A stretch of 64,000 nucleotides of DNA from Carpediemonas membranifera BICM (taxonomy: Eukaryota > Protista > Fornicata): assembly GCA_019828565.1 (NCBI GenBank), contig JAHDYR010000005.1, positions 1,776,871 to 1,840,870 on the forward strand. Direction: 5' to 3'. Within the stretch, counting starts at the first letter, position 1. Each line of letters begins with the position of its first letter. The notes under the pieces were generated by a model. That model worked only from the letters and a program-made list of their open reading frames with translations. It was not told the DNA's origin and ran no database searches. Shown piece after piece: positions 10,414 to 20,802 of the stretch. Both the position numbers and the translations under genes were made by a program.

Positions 10414-11301
10414 TCAGACATACGTGAACGAGGCCAGCGCCAGAGTCATCGGCTGGTAGGGGAAGACCTCGCCCTGGCGCTTGGCACGGCGGTTTGCAAG
10501 GAACTTGTTCTTGATGTCGATAGGTCGGGCGCGGGCCTCAAGTCCAAGTCTAAACCCACGCCAGAATACCTGCTCCGGAGTTCCACCCAGAGATACGGTC
10601 TGACCGCCGATTGTCACGAACATCGGAACAAGCGGGGAAAATGTGTCGCCGATCTTCGTTTGGGCGATCGCCTTGTCAGGTACCGGTGCCGTTGAGACAG
10701 ATGTGGGCATATCATCGGCAGCCTGCTTCATCTTCTTCTCAATGGCCGCCTGCACGCCTTGTAGCACACCACCCCTCCCCTGGACCTTGGCCTGGGCGAT
10801 GACACGGCCATACGCGTTCACAATCTCACCGTACTTGGTCTCAAGCATGGTAGCGACTTTCCCCGCGATCATGGGAGCGTCCGACGAGACCTGGAAGGAC
10901 CCCGAGAGGATCGACTTGTTGGGGTCCGTTGGATGCGGCCGGAGTGTCCCCCGGTCGTGAATGTCCGCAAAAGAGCCCGTCTCCTCGCTGTGTGTGTGGA
11001 AGGAGAGCCCCTCTGGCGTTACCGTGACCTCTTCCCGTCCTCTCGCGATCACACCGCCCGGAAGAGCTCGCATTGTCTCCGGGACGAAACGAAGGGCAAA
11101 ACCAGGCAACTTCCCCGTAAGATCGAAGCAGGATTGTGAAGTGATGCTCTTCTTGGCAGCGTTGATGTCCGTATGCCTTAGATTGGCGATGAATGGGCTC
11201 TTGACCAGATCAATCTTGTTGTAGAAGGCAATACTCGCCTCACTGAACGGCCTCGGCATCTCGAACTCGTACGGTGTGGTGCGTTCAACAACCTTAGTCA
11301 T
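10414..11301 (-). CDS. PRELI/Ups-Msf1-like lipid-transfer domain protein
   Basis: The N-terminal ~170 aa resemble PRELI (F..PF.E...AFY.K; EE..V.P; D.G.LRPHPTDPNKSIL). Start uncertain. Confidence 0.5.
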   Translation of the reverse strand: MTKVVERTTPYEFEMPRPFSEASIAFYNKIDLVKSPFIANLRHTDINAAKKSITSQSCFDLTGKLPGFALRFVPETMRALPGGVIARGREEVTVTPEGLSFHTHSEETGSFADIHDRGTLRPHPTDPNKSILSGSFQVSSDAPMIAGKVATMLETKYGEIVNAYGRVIAQAKVQGRGGVLQGVQAAIEKKMKQAADDMPTSVSTAPVPDKAIAQTKIGDTFSPLVPMFVTIGGQTVSLGGTPEQVFWRGFRLGLEARARPIDIKNKFLANRRAKRQGEVFPYQPMTLALASFTYV

Positions 11302-11588
11302 ACGCGTGTCGGTCTTCGCGAGTACCAATCTACAGTGGGGACGACAAGCAGTTTAGCCAGTTGCTGGTGCTGCTCATTGAGCACCAAGCCCTCGGACTAC
11401 ACCGTATCACCCTCACTCGCCATGATGCTCCTCGTGTGAGGCAATAAACAGCGGATGTGGATGTCTGCTGGTCATCTCAGGCGTCACTGGCAGTCATTGA
11501 CGTTGAACTCACCCAACCGATGGGTCTGCCCATCCTTCCACCATAATCCTGTCGCATGCTTTATATAGATCGTAAATCACCTCATCCG

Positions 11589-12947
11589 TCACCCAGACCG
11601 TCCATAAACGAGCGTCACGGCCATCTGGAATGCCCTGGCCGTATACATCTCATCCACACTGACCTCCGTCACGTCCCTGTCGCTGCACTTAAACACCCTG
11701 CCCGCGGAGACCCTGTACGTGTAGTAGTGCCCCCCCGCCTCGTTCCCCGCATGACAGACCACCGCCTTGAGGTTGTACCACACCTCGGGCCGGGTGTACC
11801 TCGCGATGTCATTCTCAGTGGCCATCACGACTCCGTCAGGCCCCTCCACGGCCCCGGTCGGTGCGTCCTTGCCGTCGGGCATGCCCACATAGGCGCCCAT
11901 GTCAAGTTTGTCGGGGTAGATGACCTTGTTCCTCAGCTTCCTTGCCTGACCCCGCAGCATGGCTACCCTGTTGATGTGAAGCATCAGTGTCTGTGGGAGG
12001 GCGGTCAGGTGTGTCGTCTTGGTCGCCCGGGACGGCATGGGCCTCAGGGGGACCTGTACTCCCTCGAATATCTTGCCGGTAGACGCTGCTCCGACGTTTG
12101 TGGCGTGGATGAACGTCTGTAGGGCGTCCACACCCTTTGTGAACTCTGCTCCGGCCATGTAGTCGTCAGAGGCGAGGTTGGCCATCATACGCTCCGTCAT
12201 GAGCGGGAGAAGCTTGACGGCGCCACACTTCATGCATGCCACGCCGTCGATGACCTCCTCCTTGAAGAAGTCGTCGAGACACGACTCTAAAGTGCACGAC
12301 GGCAGGACGTTTGCACCGGTCCCTTGTGCGTCGGACGGCACGGGAATAGGGAGGAGAAGCGAGTTGAACCGGCTGATGGAGAAGGGGGCCCGTCCACCGC
12401 AGTTGATGCAGGTGTACGACGTCGTGCAGGCCCCTGTGAGCGAGGGGAGGGGGGCCGTCCTCACCGGGTCCATCTCAGGTGTGCCGAGGACCCCAGCAAA
12501 CGAGCACTTGGGGGATGGGGCCGCAGCCTTTGCCCGGTGGCCGTCGATGAGATGCATCATGGCCGTCAGGAACTCGTGGGCATCCTGCTCCTGGCTCGTG
12601 TCCATGAACGTAGACACGACTGGCTCAGCGTCCAGCAGGTGCTTGTACGAGGGGATGGTCGCTAGGCGGCGGAGGATGTCCCGAAGCTTGCGGAGGGCGT
12701 CGCGACTTTCAACAGTGCCCTTAGATTCCCTGTAGGCCACTTTAACCACTTCACCAACCTCTGTGGCGAAGGTATCATCGAACGAGAGAGCCTGTAGCAT
12801 CGAGTTGGCGAAGCAAATGGTAGCTTTCGTGTTCTTAAGCCCAGGCGGGGAGTCCCGCGGCTTGTGATTGGACATGTACCACTCTTCTAGCGAGTAAAGC
12901 CCATACATACTACCTAACAGAATAGCCCCCGTCTTGAAGAGGCCCAT
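11589..12947 (-). CDS. Ubiquitin-specific protease (peptidase C19), USP30/Ubp16-like with N-terminal hydrophobic anchor
   Basis: Cys box GLKN...CFANSMLQAL, QEQDAHEFL, His box HAGNEAGGHYY..CSD. Confidence 0.88.
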   Translation of the reverse strand: MGLFKTGAILLGSMYGLYSLEEWYMSNHKPRDSPPGLKNTKATICFANSMLQALSFDDTFATEVGEVVKVAYRESKGTVESRDALRKLRDILRRLATIPSYKHLLDAEPVVSTFMDTSQEQDAHEFLTAMMHLIDGHRAKAAAPSPKCSFAGVLGTPEMDPVRTAPLPSLTGACTTSYTCINCGGRAPFSISRFNSLLLPIPVPSDAQGTGANVLPSCTLESCLDDFFKEEVIDGVACMKCGAVKLLPLMTERMMANLASDDYMAGAEFTKGVDALQTFIHATNVGAASTGKIFEGVQVPLRPMPSRATKTTHLTALPQTLMLHINRVAMLRGQARKLRNKVIYPDKLDMGAYVGMPDGKDAPTGAVEGPDGVVMATENDIARYTRPEVWYNLKAVVCHAGNEAGGHYYTYRVSAGRVFKCSDRDVTEVSVDEMYTARAFQMAVTLVYGRSG

Positions 12948-13269
12948 TTCAGTTCGGACTGTGTCTTCACGAGTCAATGCCGGTCAACGGCTGTCTCCTC
13001 CGGCAGTCTCCTCTGAGCAGCAGGGTCGTAGGGTAGCGGGCAGACTCTTCATTCGTTGGACCTTTGCCTCGCATCCAACTCTCGTTGGATTGTTTCATCG
13101 ATGTGCTGTCCTACCAGGCTGACAAGAGTCTTGGCCGATCTTGGTGTGATGCCGTGTAATCCCACATAGTCTTTGAAGAAAGTAATTTATGATTCGACAC
13201 TTAATATTCCGAAACCACGGGTGCGTCAGGCTCCTTGACCAGTACAATCCAAGCGATCGCCCACACGAC

Positions 13270-15450
13270 TCAACCCAGCGTTTCAGAGTCCAGCATCCCG
13301 GTCGTCATTACAGGACCCCAGGTATAGCCCCAGTTGATCACCCCCGCGCCCTCAGGAACGGCATCGGGCCAGCCGGAACCAAACATGGTCTCTGAGCCGA
13401 AAGCATGGACCGAGTCTGGGTGCTGGGCGGTAGAGTCAAGCTCAAGACCCGAGTCAAATGAGTCGTCCTGAAGCGTGGGTTCAAATCCATCAAACAAGAC
13501 GTCTTCCTGGGTATGCCATGCCGACCGACGCCGCAGCCGGGAGATGAGGTCGGCCACGACTCCTCCGTCCACTACCACACCATGCTTACCAGCCCAGGCC
13601 GTGAGGGCGGGCAGGTTAGTCTCGGTCGGCCCCCACGGGCGATGGGGCGGGGTACCCAGCGCCTCCAGGAAGACTGTGACCCACGCGATGAGAGTCACGC
13701 CGGCACGGAAGCGGCGGAATGTGTAGCCGTCGGCTGTAAGTAGCTTGTAGAGGCCGGTCGACTCGGCATCGGACAGCTCGAAGGAACGCTCGACCTCAAT
13801 GCCGGAATCAGTCGGGAGAGTGTCGGAAAGTGGGATAAATGTCCGGAAAGCAAGGTCGTCCGGCATTGTGGTCGGCGTGAGATTTGCCACGACAGCAGGA
13901 CTGACCCCAGTCGACTTACTGGTCCGTATCAAATCTCGGGCAAGATTCGAGTACAATCTCTGCAAAATATTTGCCATAACCGCCAGTGATGCTGGTATAA
14001 CACTGCCCGCTGTCCCAGACGCCACAGGAAGACACGAAGCCCACGTGTCCAAGCGGTCAGAGCAGCAGCGGCCCAGCCGGGTCGCCCAAGGCCTCCATGC
14101 ACCGGTGATGACCCCAACCGCAGTCTCAGGCCCGCATCCGTCCGAGAGCATTGACTCCATGCCGGAGTCTTCGTCACCCGCCCTCCTTGGACATAAAAGC
14201 AGGTCTGGATGGGCCTCGAGCATCTCTAGCGCCAGGACGGCGGGGACACAGTGGTCTTTGCCCTTCATGGCAGCACCCAGAACGTCGACGAGGGCCTCCA
14301 CAGTGAGAACATGAGCGGCCATGGCGTTCTTTGAGGGCGACCTGGGCAGTGTCAGGGCATATGTAAGGATGACCACAAGATCGCCTAAGTCAGAGTTACT
14401 TAGCACACCGAGTGAGGCTGTGAGTCGGTCCAATGTCGCGTGTGCCTCTGCGACTCTGCTCTGGCTGATCGCAGCGGCACAAACGGTCACTGCCCGGACA
14501 ATTTGGAGGACGGTGAGGTCGAGGCCGGACTTCTCAGCGGCCAGATGTAGTTGCCTGGGTGTGGATTGAGTGGTACGGGCTTTCTTAGGGAGATGAGCGT
14601 CTACTGCGGCTTCCAGGCTGGGAAGTGTGGCGATGGCGTTTGAGAATATGAGTTTCATGTTGTTCGTAGCCATGGGGAATGGAACGTGGCACGCTATGGC
14701 TTGTATGTAGTACCGTGTGCCCTCAACCAGCGACGTTCTCGACAGGAGCACGGCGAGCTGATTAAACGGGGCGCCAGATGCCAGCTGGGGCATGGAAGCA
14801 CAACGGTTGGTGATCCTGGCCGCACGGTGGTAGGCTGCGGCCACTATCTCCGTGGGGTATCCGGCGTACCGAAGCATATCGCCAATGTACACGAGAGCTG
14901 TCGTCACTGCGGCGAGCGGGGGGACCGGCGAGTCCAGCGCAGCTAGGTCGGCTGTGGTGATGTCCAGCCGGGTAGGGACCTTAGGCTGGGACGGCATGGG
15001 GCAGGCGACGTCGTCTGAGGGAACGGCGACGAGTACGGGAGGGACGAGGAGGTCCCGGCGCTGACGACTGATCGCCAGACAGAGCTCAGCGAAGTAGCTC
15101 ACGCCGTCGTACACGATATTTCCGAGAGCAGCGGTCGGCTGGCCGTTGCGGGTGCGCTGGCGGCATACGTCGATGCGACGATACCAGCAGTTCTTCCAAA
15201 CACGCTGAAGGAGGATGGAAATGTCAGCATGGGCTGAGAGATCGAACAATATGAGGTTTTTGAAGGCATCTGCAAGGTCGGAATACATCTTTGAAAGCGA
15301 AATCATCGTCTTCTCCAGGTCCGCATTGCCAGCAGCCTTCCAAGCCGCTTTCAGGTTCTTCTCTCCTGTCACAATGCTTCTATGTAATAGAAATGAATCT
15401 TGGTGAACTAACAGAGCCAATGATGAACGAGAAACCCTCGTAGCCATCAT
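13270..15450 (-). CDS. Est1/SMG5-6-7 family 14-3-3-like TPR protein (NMD/telomerase)
   Basis: WKNCWYRRI; LVYIGDMLRY; YHRAA..GAPFNQLAVL; YYIQAIAC..PFP.A..N. Start uncertain. Confidence 0.75.
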   Translation of the reverse strand: MMATRVSRSSLALLVHQDSFLLHRSIVTGEKNLKAAWKAAGNADLEKTMISLSKMYSDLADAFKNLILFDLSAHADISILLQRVWKNCWYRRIDVCRQRTRNGQPTAALGNIVYDGVSYFAELCLAISRQRRDLLVPPVLVAVPSDDVACPMPSQPKVPTRLDITTADLAALDSPVPPLAAVTTALVYIGDMLRYAGYPTEIVAAAYHRAARITNRCASMPQLASGAPFNQLAVLLSRTSLVEGTRYYIQAIACHVPFPMATNNMKLIFSNAIATLPSLEAAVDAHLPKKARTTQSTPRQLHLAAEKSGLDLTVLQIVRAVTVCAAAISQSRVAEAHATLDRLTASLGVLSNSDLGDLVVILTYALTLPRSPSKNAMAAHVLTVEALVDVLGAAMKGKDHCVPAVLALEMLEAHPDLLLCPRRAGDEDSGMESMLSDGCGPETAVGVITGAWRPWATRLGRCCSDRLDTWASCLPVASGTAGSVIPASLAVMANILQRLYSNLARDLIRTSKSTGVSPAVVANLTPTTMPDDLAFRTFIPLSDTLPTDSGIEVERSFELSDAESTGLYKLLTADGYTFRRFRAGVTLIAWVTVFLEALGTPPHRPWGPTETNLPALTAWAGKHGVVVDGGVVADLISRLRRRSAWHTQEDVLFDGFEPTLQDDSFDSGLELDSTAQHPDSVHAFGSETMFGSGWPDAVPEGAGVINWGYTWGPVMTTGMLDSETLG

Positions 15451-15744
15451 AGCGCCGCTCAGCAACCCCCCCTTAAACTGCACACCGATTGTTTTCGGAC
15501 TTCGTGAGCAGACAGCTGGTGTTAATTGCCCTCAATGTGCTGTGTACATCCCCCAGGAGAAGTTCATGCTGAGGGCAGGGTCACCATGACAGATTTGATG
15601 CAAGAATGAGACATCATGGCCTAGAGCAGGTCTACTTCAGCTCCACGACGCACAACTCAGCTACGAAGGCTAGATACAGTCGTTTTTGCAGTCAACACCT
15701 CGAGAATTTTTTCGTGCGAAAAGTTAACGCCAGACCGTGCTTCG

Positions 15745-17775
15745 ATGGAGCAGGACGTTGAAGCGGCCGATATGCCGCTCGTTCCCACAATCGAACAGGA
15801 AGAGAACATCATGAACCATGGCATTGTTGATTCGCCCACCATTGTGGAGAAAGACTATGCTACGCCCGAAATCCCGCTGCCTACCTCGCCTCTCTCCATT
15901 AGCTCAACCGATTCGTTCCCTTTGCGTGTAGATGCCGCCAAGAACGAGGCGAATACCCGCAGCCAGATCCGCAAAGAGCTTACTGACGAGATGAATCGCC
16001 TCGACGACGCCGGGGCCGCCCTCCTCGCCGTCCTCGACCTCCCGGCCATCGACACACCGTCCGGGGGCCTTACCGCCGCCCTGCAAGAGATGTCCCGCCC
16101 CCTCCCCGCAGTAGAGGCCCTTGCCGCTGACGATGACTCACCCAAGCCACTCCACCGGCTGCAAAAGATGGACTCAGACTTCATGAGGGAGGTGAAGCAA
16201 CGGGGGAAGGAGACCATAGATATGTGGCGCCGTACGTTCCAGAATAAGCTTGAGGACGCACCCGACTCTGGCGACATCACGCCGAGTACACTTAGCATGA
16301 CCGAGACCCAGACAGACTTCGAGATCATGGACGAAGACTTCGAGGAGTTCGAGATCGAGGAGCCTGAGACTGCCCGACGGGTTGCCCCCCAGCCCCACAG
16401 ACTGGAAGTGCCGATCCCCTCACCCCTCGCTGAACGGAACTCTGTGGCAAAGGAGGCCGGGGAGAGCAAGAAGGAGGGCCCCGGTACCAAGCGCAGGACC
16501 AAGGAAACGGGCCCATCGCCTTGGGTTGTCCAGCAGGGTCAGCTCGCCATGTCCCGGCATATCCAGGAGATGCGGCAGATGACAGCCGAGGAGGAGACCC
16601 GCGCCGACCGGATTAAGGCAAACATCGCGGCGGTGGAGGCCAGGGCTAAGGCTGCAGTGAGGGGGATCGTGGTGCCGGAGACTGAACACGAGAGAATGGC
16701 GGCAGTCAGGGAGCGACAAGCCCGCAGACAGATGAAGAGAGAGGCACAGATGGAACAAGCACGAGCACGGGAAGCAGAGAGTCGCCGCAAGTTCAAGCTC
16801 GCCCTGCTCGAGCAGGAGAGCAAGGCTGCAAGAGAGCGGAGCCTCAGGAAGAAGCGGCCGACCACTACCGGGCCCTCTACCAACCCGTCTCGGGCCAGGT
16901 CTGCGCCCAGAGGCAGGAGCGTGGCTCTGACTCCCATGGATTCGAGGTCTAAACCTGCGAACGCCAGAGATCGGCGAATGCAGACGATCACGAACAGAGA
17001 ACGGAGACTAAGGGACGAGCTGAACGCCCTGAGTACATTCAAGGGCCTCGACCTCAACACTGGCGTCGTCAAGGTCAAGGTCAAGCGAGGGCCCGAGACT
17101 CCCATCGGCGTGTCTGCCCGTGACTCCCAGTCCATCCTGGGGACATTCACGGACGACGGGCAGGCTGGGGACGTCACAGAGGTCAAGGCCGGCGGCACGG
17201 TTGTCAGCAGTAATCAAATGATGAAGATCGACGACTCTGAGGCCGGGGCCGACTTCTCTGGCCTGAGCGACCGCACGGCGGACTTCACGGAGACCGTGCC
17301 CTTTGGCCGGATCGGGGACAAGAACTCCGGTCCCGTGGACATCTCTGACGACGAGGAGGAGGGCGAGGACGATGCCCCTGCCCGGACGCCGCCCGTGGTC
17401 CCTGCCGCCGACGACGGGTACAGGCCTCTCTTCCAGGTCGGGCTCAGGCTTGGTAAGTTTACAAAGGGCGGTCGCGGTAAGGCACACGAGAGAATATTCG
17501 TGATTGACCGGTCGTCGAACAAGATCTTCTGGGGCGACGCCGACCACATGGTCGGCTGGCCCAAGCAGACCCCGAGCAAGAAGGCCAGGTCTTGCACAAT
17601 CGTAAGCTTCGTGCCTGACGACCATGTCCTCCGGGTAGTCAACCCCCGGGCTAAAGTGCCCCGTGGTCGCGCCGTCTTATCGGCCAGCACCCCCACCGGG
17701 TGGATTCATTTACTGTGCCCCAGTAATAAGGTCCACGAGGCCGTGTTGGGGGCGTTCAGTAGGCTCGTGTTGTAG
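15745..17775 (+). CDS. Coiled-coil protein with C-terminal PH-like domain
   Basis: Charged coiled coil; C-terminal KFTKGGRGKAHERIFVID...KIFW resembles a PH domain. Confidence 0.65.
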   Translation: MEQDVEAADMPLVPTIEQEENIMNHGIVDSPTIVEKDYATPEIPLPTSPLSISSTDSFPLRVDAAKNEANTRSQIRKELTDEMNRLDDAGAALLAVLDLPAIDTPSGGLTAALQEMSRPLPAVEALAADDDSPKPLHRLQKMDSDFMREVKQRGKETIDMWRRTFQNKLEDAPDSGDITPSTLSMTETQTDFEIMDEDFEEFEIEEPETARRVAPQPHRLEVPIPSPLAERNSVAKEAGESKKEGPGTKRRTKETGPSPWVVQQGQLAMSRHIQEMRQMTAEEETRADRIKANIAAVEARAKAAVRGIVVPETEHERMAAVRERQARRQMKREAQMEQARAREAESRRKFKLALLEQESKAARERSLRKKRPTTTGPSTNPSRARSAPRGRSVALTPMDSRSKPANARDRRMQTITNRERRLRDELNALSTFKGLDLNTGVVKVKVKRGPETPIGVSARDSQSILGTFTDDGQAGDVTEVKAGGTVVSSNQMMKIDDSEAGADFSGLSDRTADFTETVPFGRIGDKNSGPVDISDDEEEGEDDAPARTPPVVPAADDGYRPLFQVGLRLGKFTKGGRGKAHERIFVIDRSSNKIFWGDADHMVGWPKQTPSKKARSCTIVSFVPDDHVLRVVNPRAKVPRGRAVLSASTPTGWIHLLCPSNKVHEAVLGAFSRLVL

Positions 17776-17867
17776 TAGTAGGATAGTTGGTGTTTCTGAC
17801 TGGTAAATCAATCGTATGTAACATGTAAATCATTTGCAGTTTATGGTTACATTTGTTGCTGCGTCAG

Positions 17868-18521
17868 TCAGTCGCATGACATGCTATGGGGCGACCCCGC
17901 TATCCTCTTCTGGATCAATCTACCCGAGAGAGTGTCTGCTACTGCCCTCGCTATCCCAGTGGGCACGCTGGGCTTATCGAGACAACTCCGATTCACAAGC
18001 CCGACGCCCTCCGGCCCCTTTGCGGCCCTAAGCACGCAGTTCAGGACCTGTGCGATTTCCTCGATAAGCTCCTCTGAACACCGATCACTGTCCTTTGTAG
18101 CAGAGGGGGTGTACACCTTTGCAAGGCCACCACTTCTTTCATCGGCGATTGCCAAGCGAACACCGAAACGGGACCGGTCACAGGAGAAGAAACCGTAGTG
18201 GACGTATGTGATAGAGGATGCGGGGAACCGCTTGTACCGGCGTACCTTCCCCGCTCCGTCCTGTGAGAGAATAATGTGATAGACCGCACTCGAGGTGATG
18301 ATGAGCGCACGCGGGCGTATTTTGGAGTATTGGTTGATGCAGTCTAACATATAGCTCTTAATAAACAGTTCATCCGAGTGGCGCGAGAGAATCTGACGCC
18401 TTGCGTCGTCACAAGGAGATTTCTTCTCGCTGAGCAACTCGGCCATCTTTTCCACGTCTCCTGCGAGCACACACTCTTGTAGAGCCGTGGTTGCTCGTCT
18501 CGTATGAGATGCGAGCGGCAT
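17868..18521 (-). CDS. Hypothetical protein with possible myosin-tail TH1/PH-like domain
   Basis: CINQYSKIRPRALIITSSAVYHI resembles the TH1 motif. Confidence 0.5.
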   Translation of the reverse strand: MPLASHTRRATTALQECVLAGDVEKMAELLSEKKSPCDDARRQILSRHSDELFIKSYMLDCINQYSKIRPRALIITSSAVYHIILSQDGAGKVRRYKRFPASSITYVHYGFFSCDRSRFGVRLAIADERSGGLAKVYTPSATKDSDRCSEELIEEIAQVLNCVLRAAKGPEGVGLVNRSCLDKPSVPTGIARAVADTLSGRLIQKRIAGSPHSMSCD

Positions 18522-18773
18522 TGGGGATAAAATGGGTTCTTATGCGATCTGACGATACTCTGTCCAGGATTTAGCCTGAATCTGCACAGTATCTCAGGCT
18601 TCCACCGCGTATCGGGACACTGTTGAGTCGGACATGCCGTCGTCTAAGATAGCTAACGAGCTGTATTGTCACTGTGGTCTCCCGGTGTCTCTGGTGTGAG
18701 GCACGACTTGCCACGCTGCCCGGCAGCTCACTCACCATGTTCTTAAAATCGGTTTAATGTAGGACCAAGCGTC

Positions 18774-19124
18774 TTACTCACTTGGTGTTTTAGGTGGCTT
18801 GGCTGGCACTGGCGCTGTTACGATGTCCACAGCAATCTGGATAGTGTCATCGAAGACATGGCGCGTCTGAACGTACTGGCGTTTGATACGTCGCTTGGTT
18901 CGTTTGATTCCGAGAGAATGAAACACCCCTCTGATTTCTTCAGGCATTAGTGTTCTTATGATCTTCTGCTCGGGCAGGGTTCGCAGCGTCAGAAAATTGC
19001 GAAGGCTGGCGGTAGCATGCGACATTGACCCCCCTATCATGGCAGACTGCCATGCTTGAGTATAGCGGTGTGCTACACATGCCGCAGGATACCGGCTCGT
19101 TGTTGGCATAAACTGCACATTCAT
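18774..19124 (-). CDS. Small basic hypothetical protein
   Basis: 116-codon ORF divergent from TatD; start uncertain. Confidence 0.35.
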   Translation of the reverse strand: MNVQFMPTTSRYPAACVAHRYTQAWQSAMIGGSMSHATASLRNFLTLRTLPEQKIIRTLMPEEIRGVFHSLGIKRTKRRIKRQYVQTRHVFDDTIQIAVDIVTAPVPAKPPKTPSE

Positions 19125-19138
19125 TCAGGCGGGAGACG

Positions 19139-20029
19139 ATGGAATTCATTGATATTGGAGCAAATCTCACCGATGGCATGTTCTATGGCTCATACCATGG
19201 AAAGGAAAAGCACGAGCCTGATCTCGGCCGAGTAATCGACCGAGCCCGGGAGCATGGCGTCAAGCAGATGATGTTGACAGTAGGTTCTGTCAGCGACATG
19301 AAAGATGCGTACGACCTCTGCAAACACCATCCTGGCGAGCTATTCGCCACTGTTGGTATCCACCCCACTCGGGCAAAGGAGCTCGAGAGCGGAAAGATCA
19401 CAATCGACAGGTTAAGACAGGTAGCGAATGACAACAAGGGCACTATTGCTGCATATGGCGAGTTTGGACTTGACTACGACCGGCTTCATTTCTGCCCTGC
19501 TGGTGTTCAGAGGAAGTGGTTTGAAAAGCAGTTAGAGTTGGCAGTAGAGCTCGAGCTACCTCTGTTCTTGCACTGCAGGGCGGCTGCAGACGACTTCCTG
19601 GCCATCATCACCCCGTTCATCACCCGGCTGAAGGGAGGTGTGGTTCATTCATACACTGGCGACGTCGCTGCAATGAGAAAGATGATCGAGATGGGGCTGC
19701 ACATCGGCGTCAACGGATGCTCTCTCAAGACCGAGGAGAATCTAGATGTGGTCAAACAGATCCCCCTTGACCGTCTCATGCTTGAGACCGACTGCCCTTA
19801 TTGTGACATCAGGGCGACACACGCGGGATCAGGACTTGTGAAGACCAAGTTCAACACAAGGCCCAACCACCGGTATGACCCCAGCTGCCTTGTCAAGGGG
19901 CGGTGCGAGCCGTGCCAGATTGTGCAGGTCGCCGAGGTTGTCAGTGTGGTGTGCGACGTGCCCGTCGAGCAGCTTGCCAAGACTGCGTTTGATAACACTT
20001 GTGCCGTGTTTACGATGCTGAGACAGTAA
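19139..20029 (+). CDS. TATDN1: TatD family DNase (TATDN1-like)
   Basis: IDIGANLTD.MF.G.YHGK..H..DL, TVGIHPT, GEFGLDYDRL, LFLHCR, HSYTG, LETDCPYC. Confidence 0.95.
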   Translation: MEFIDIGANLTDGMFYGSYHGKEKHEPDLGRVIDRAREHGVKQMMLTVGSVSDMKDAYDLCKHHPGELFATVGIHPTRAKELESGKITIDRLRQVANDNKGTIAAYGEFGLDYDRLHFCPAGVQRKWFEKQLELAVELELPLFLHCRAAADDFLAIITPFITRLKGGVVHSYTGDVAAMRKMIEMGLHIGVNGCSLKTEENLDVVKQIPLDRLMLETDCPYCDIRATHAGSGLVKTKFNTRPNHRYDPSCLVKGRCEPCQIVQVAEVVSVVCDVPVEQLAKTAFDNTCAVFTMLRQ

Positions 20030-20061
20030 ATGCGTCCGAGCATGTATTGCCATGTTATGCT

Positions 20062-20622
20062 TTACTCTGCTTGCGGGAAGAGCGTCGGCACTAGCGCCGC
20101 GTACGCTGCAATGTCCTGATCAGTGAAAAGTACAAGGAGGATCTTGTCCACCGCATCGCTGTTATCACCATCTTCAAGCCACGCCTTGATGGTCTCGATC
20201 GCGATGCGGGCCGCCTTCTTGTTGTCGAAGCCGAAGATGCCCGTTGAAATGCACGGGATGGCAACTGACCGGACGTTTTCCTTCTTACACAGGTCCATGA
20301 TAGACTTATAGGCCTTCTCTAGCATGGCAGGACTCCCGTCCGAAGGCCCGACGGCGTGGATTATCCTCATTGGGAGGTTGACGCCACTGGTGATCACGGC
20401 AGAGCCAACAGGGCAGAATCCAATCTGATTGCACTCTTCCTGAAGCACTCTACGGCCTGCTGCCTGGAAAATGGCGCCACAAACGCCACCGCCAGCTAGC
20501 AATCTTGTGTTTGCGGCGTTCACAATTGCATCGACGTCAGTTAGGGCACAGATGTTCTCAAAAGAGAATTGAATCTTTCCAGTCTTCGCTGCGATCAGCG
20601 TAGCAGCATTTGTTTGAGCCAT
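20062..20622 (-). CDS. Macrodomain ADP-ribosylhydrolase (MacroD-like)
   Basis: DAIVNAANTRLLAGGGVCGAI, IIHAVGP, AIPCISTGIFGF. Confidence 0.93.
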   Translation of the reverse strand: MAQTNAATLIAAKTGKIQFSFENICALTDVDAIVNAANTRLLAGGGVCGAIFQAAGRRVLQEECNQIGFCPVGSAVITSGVNLPMRIIHAVGPSDGSPAMLEKAYKSIMDLCKKENVRSVAIPCISTGIFGFDNKKAARIAIETIKAWLEDGDNSDAVDKILLVLFTDQDIAAYAALVPTLFPQAE

Positions 20623-20802
20623 GTCCGAAAAGTCTGTCAACCACAGATTACTCCATGATCTTGAAGATCCGCCCAGAATCATGGGGCACGCATCGGCGCT
20701 GGCTGGCAGTACTCACACAACTATAGCTATCGCATTTCGTGAAGACAAGTACGTGTATTTTGCAAAGTCCACCCTTCGACGAACCCTCTCTGTCCTTAAA
20801 AC

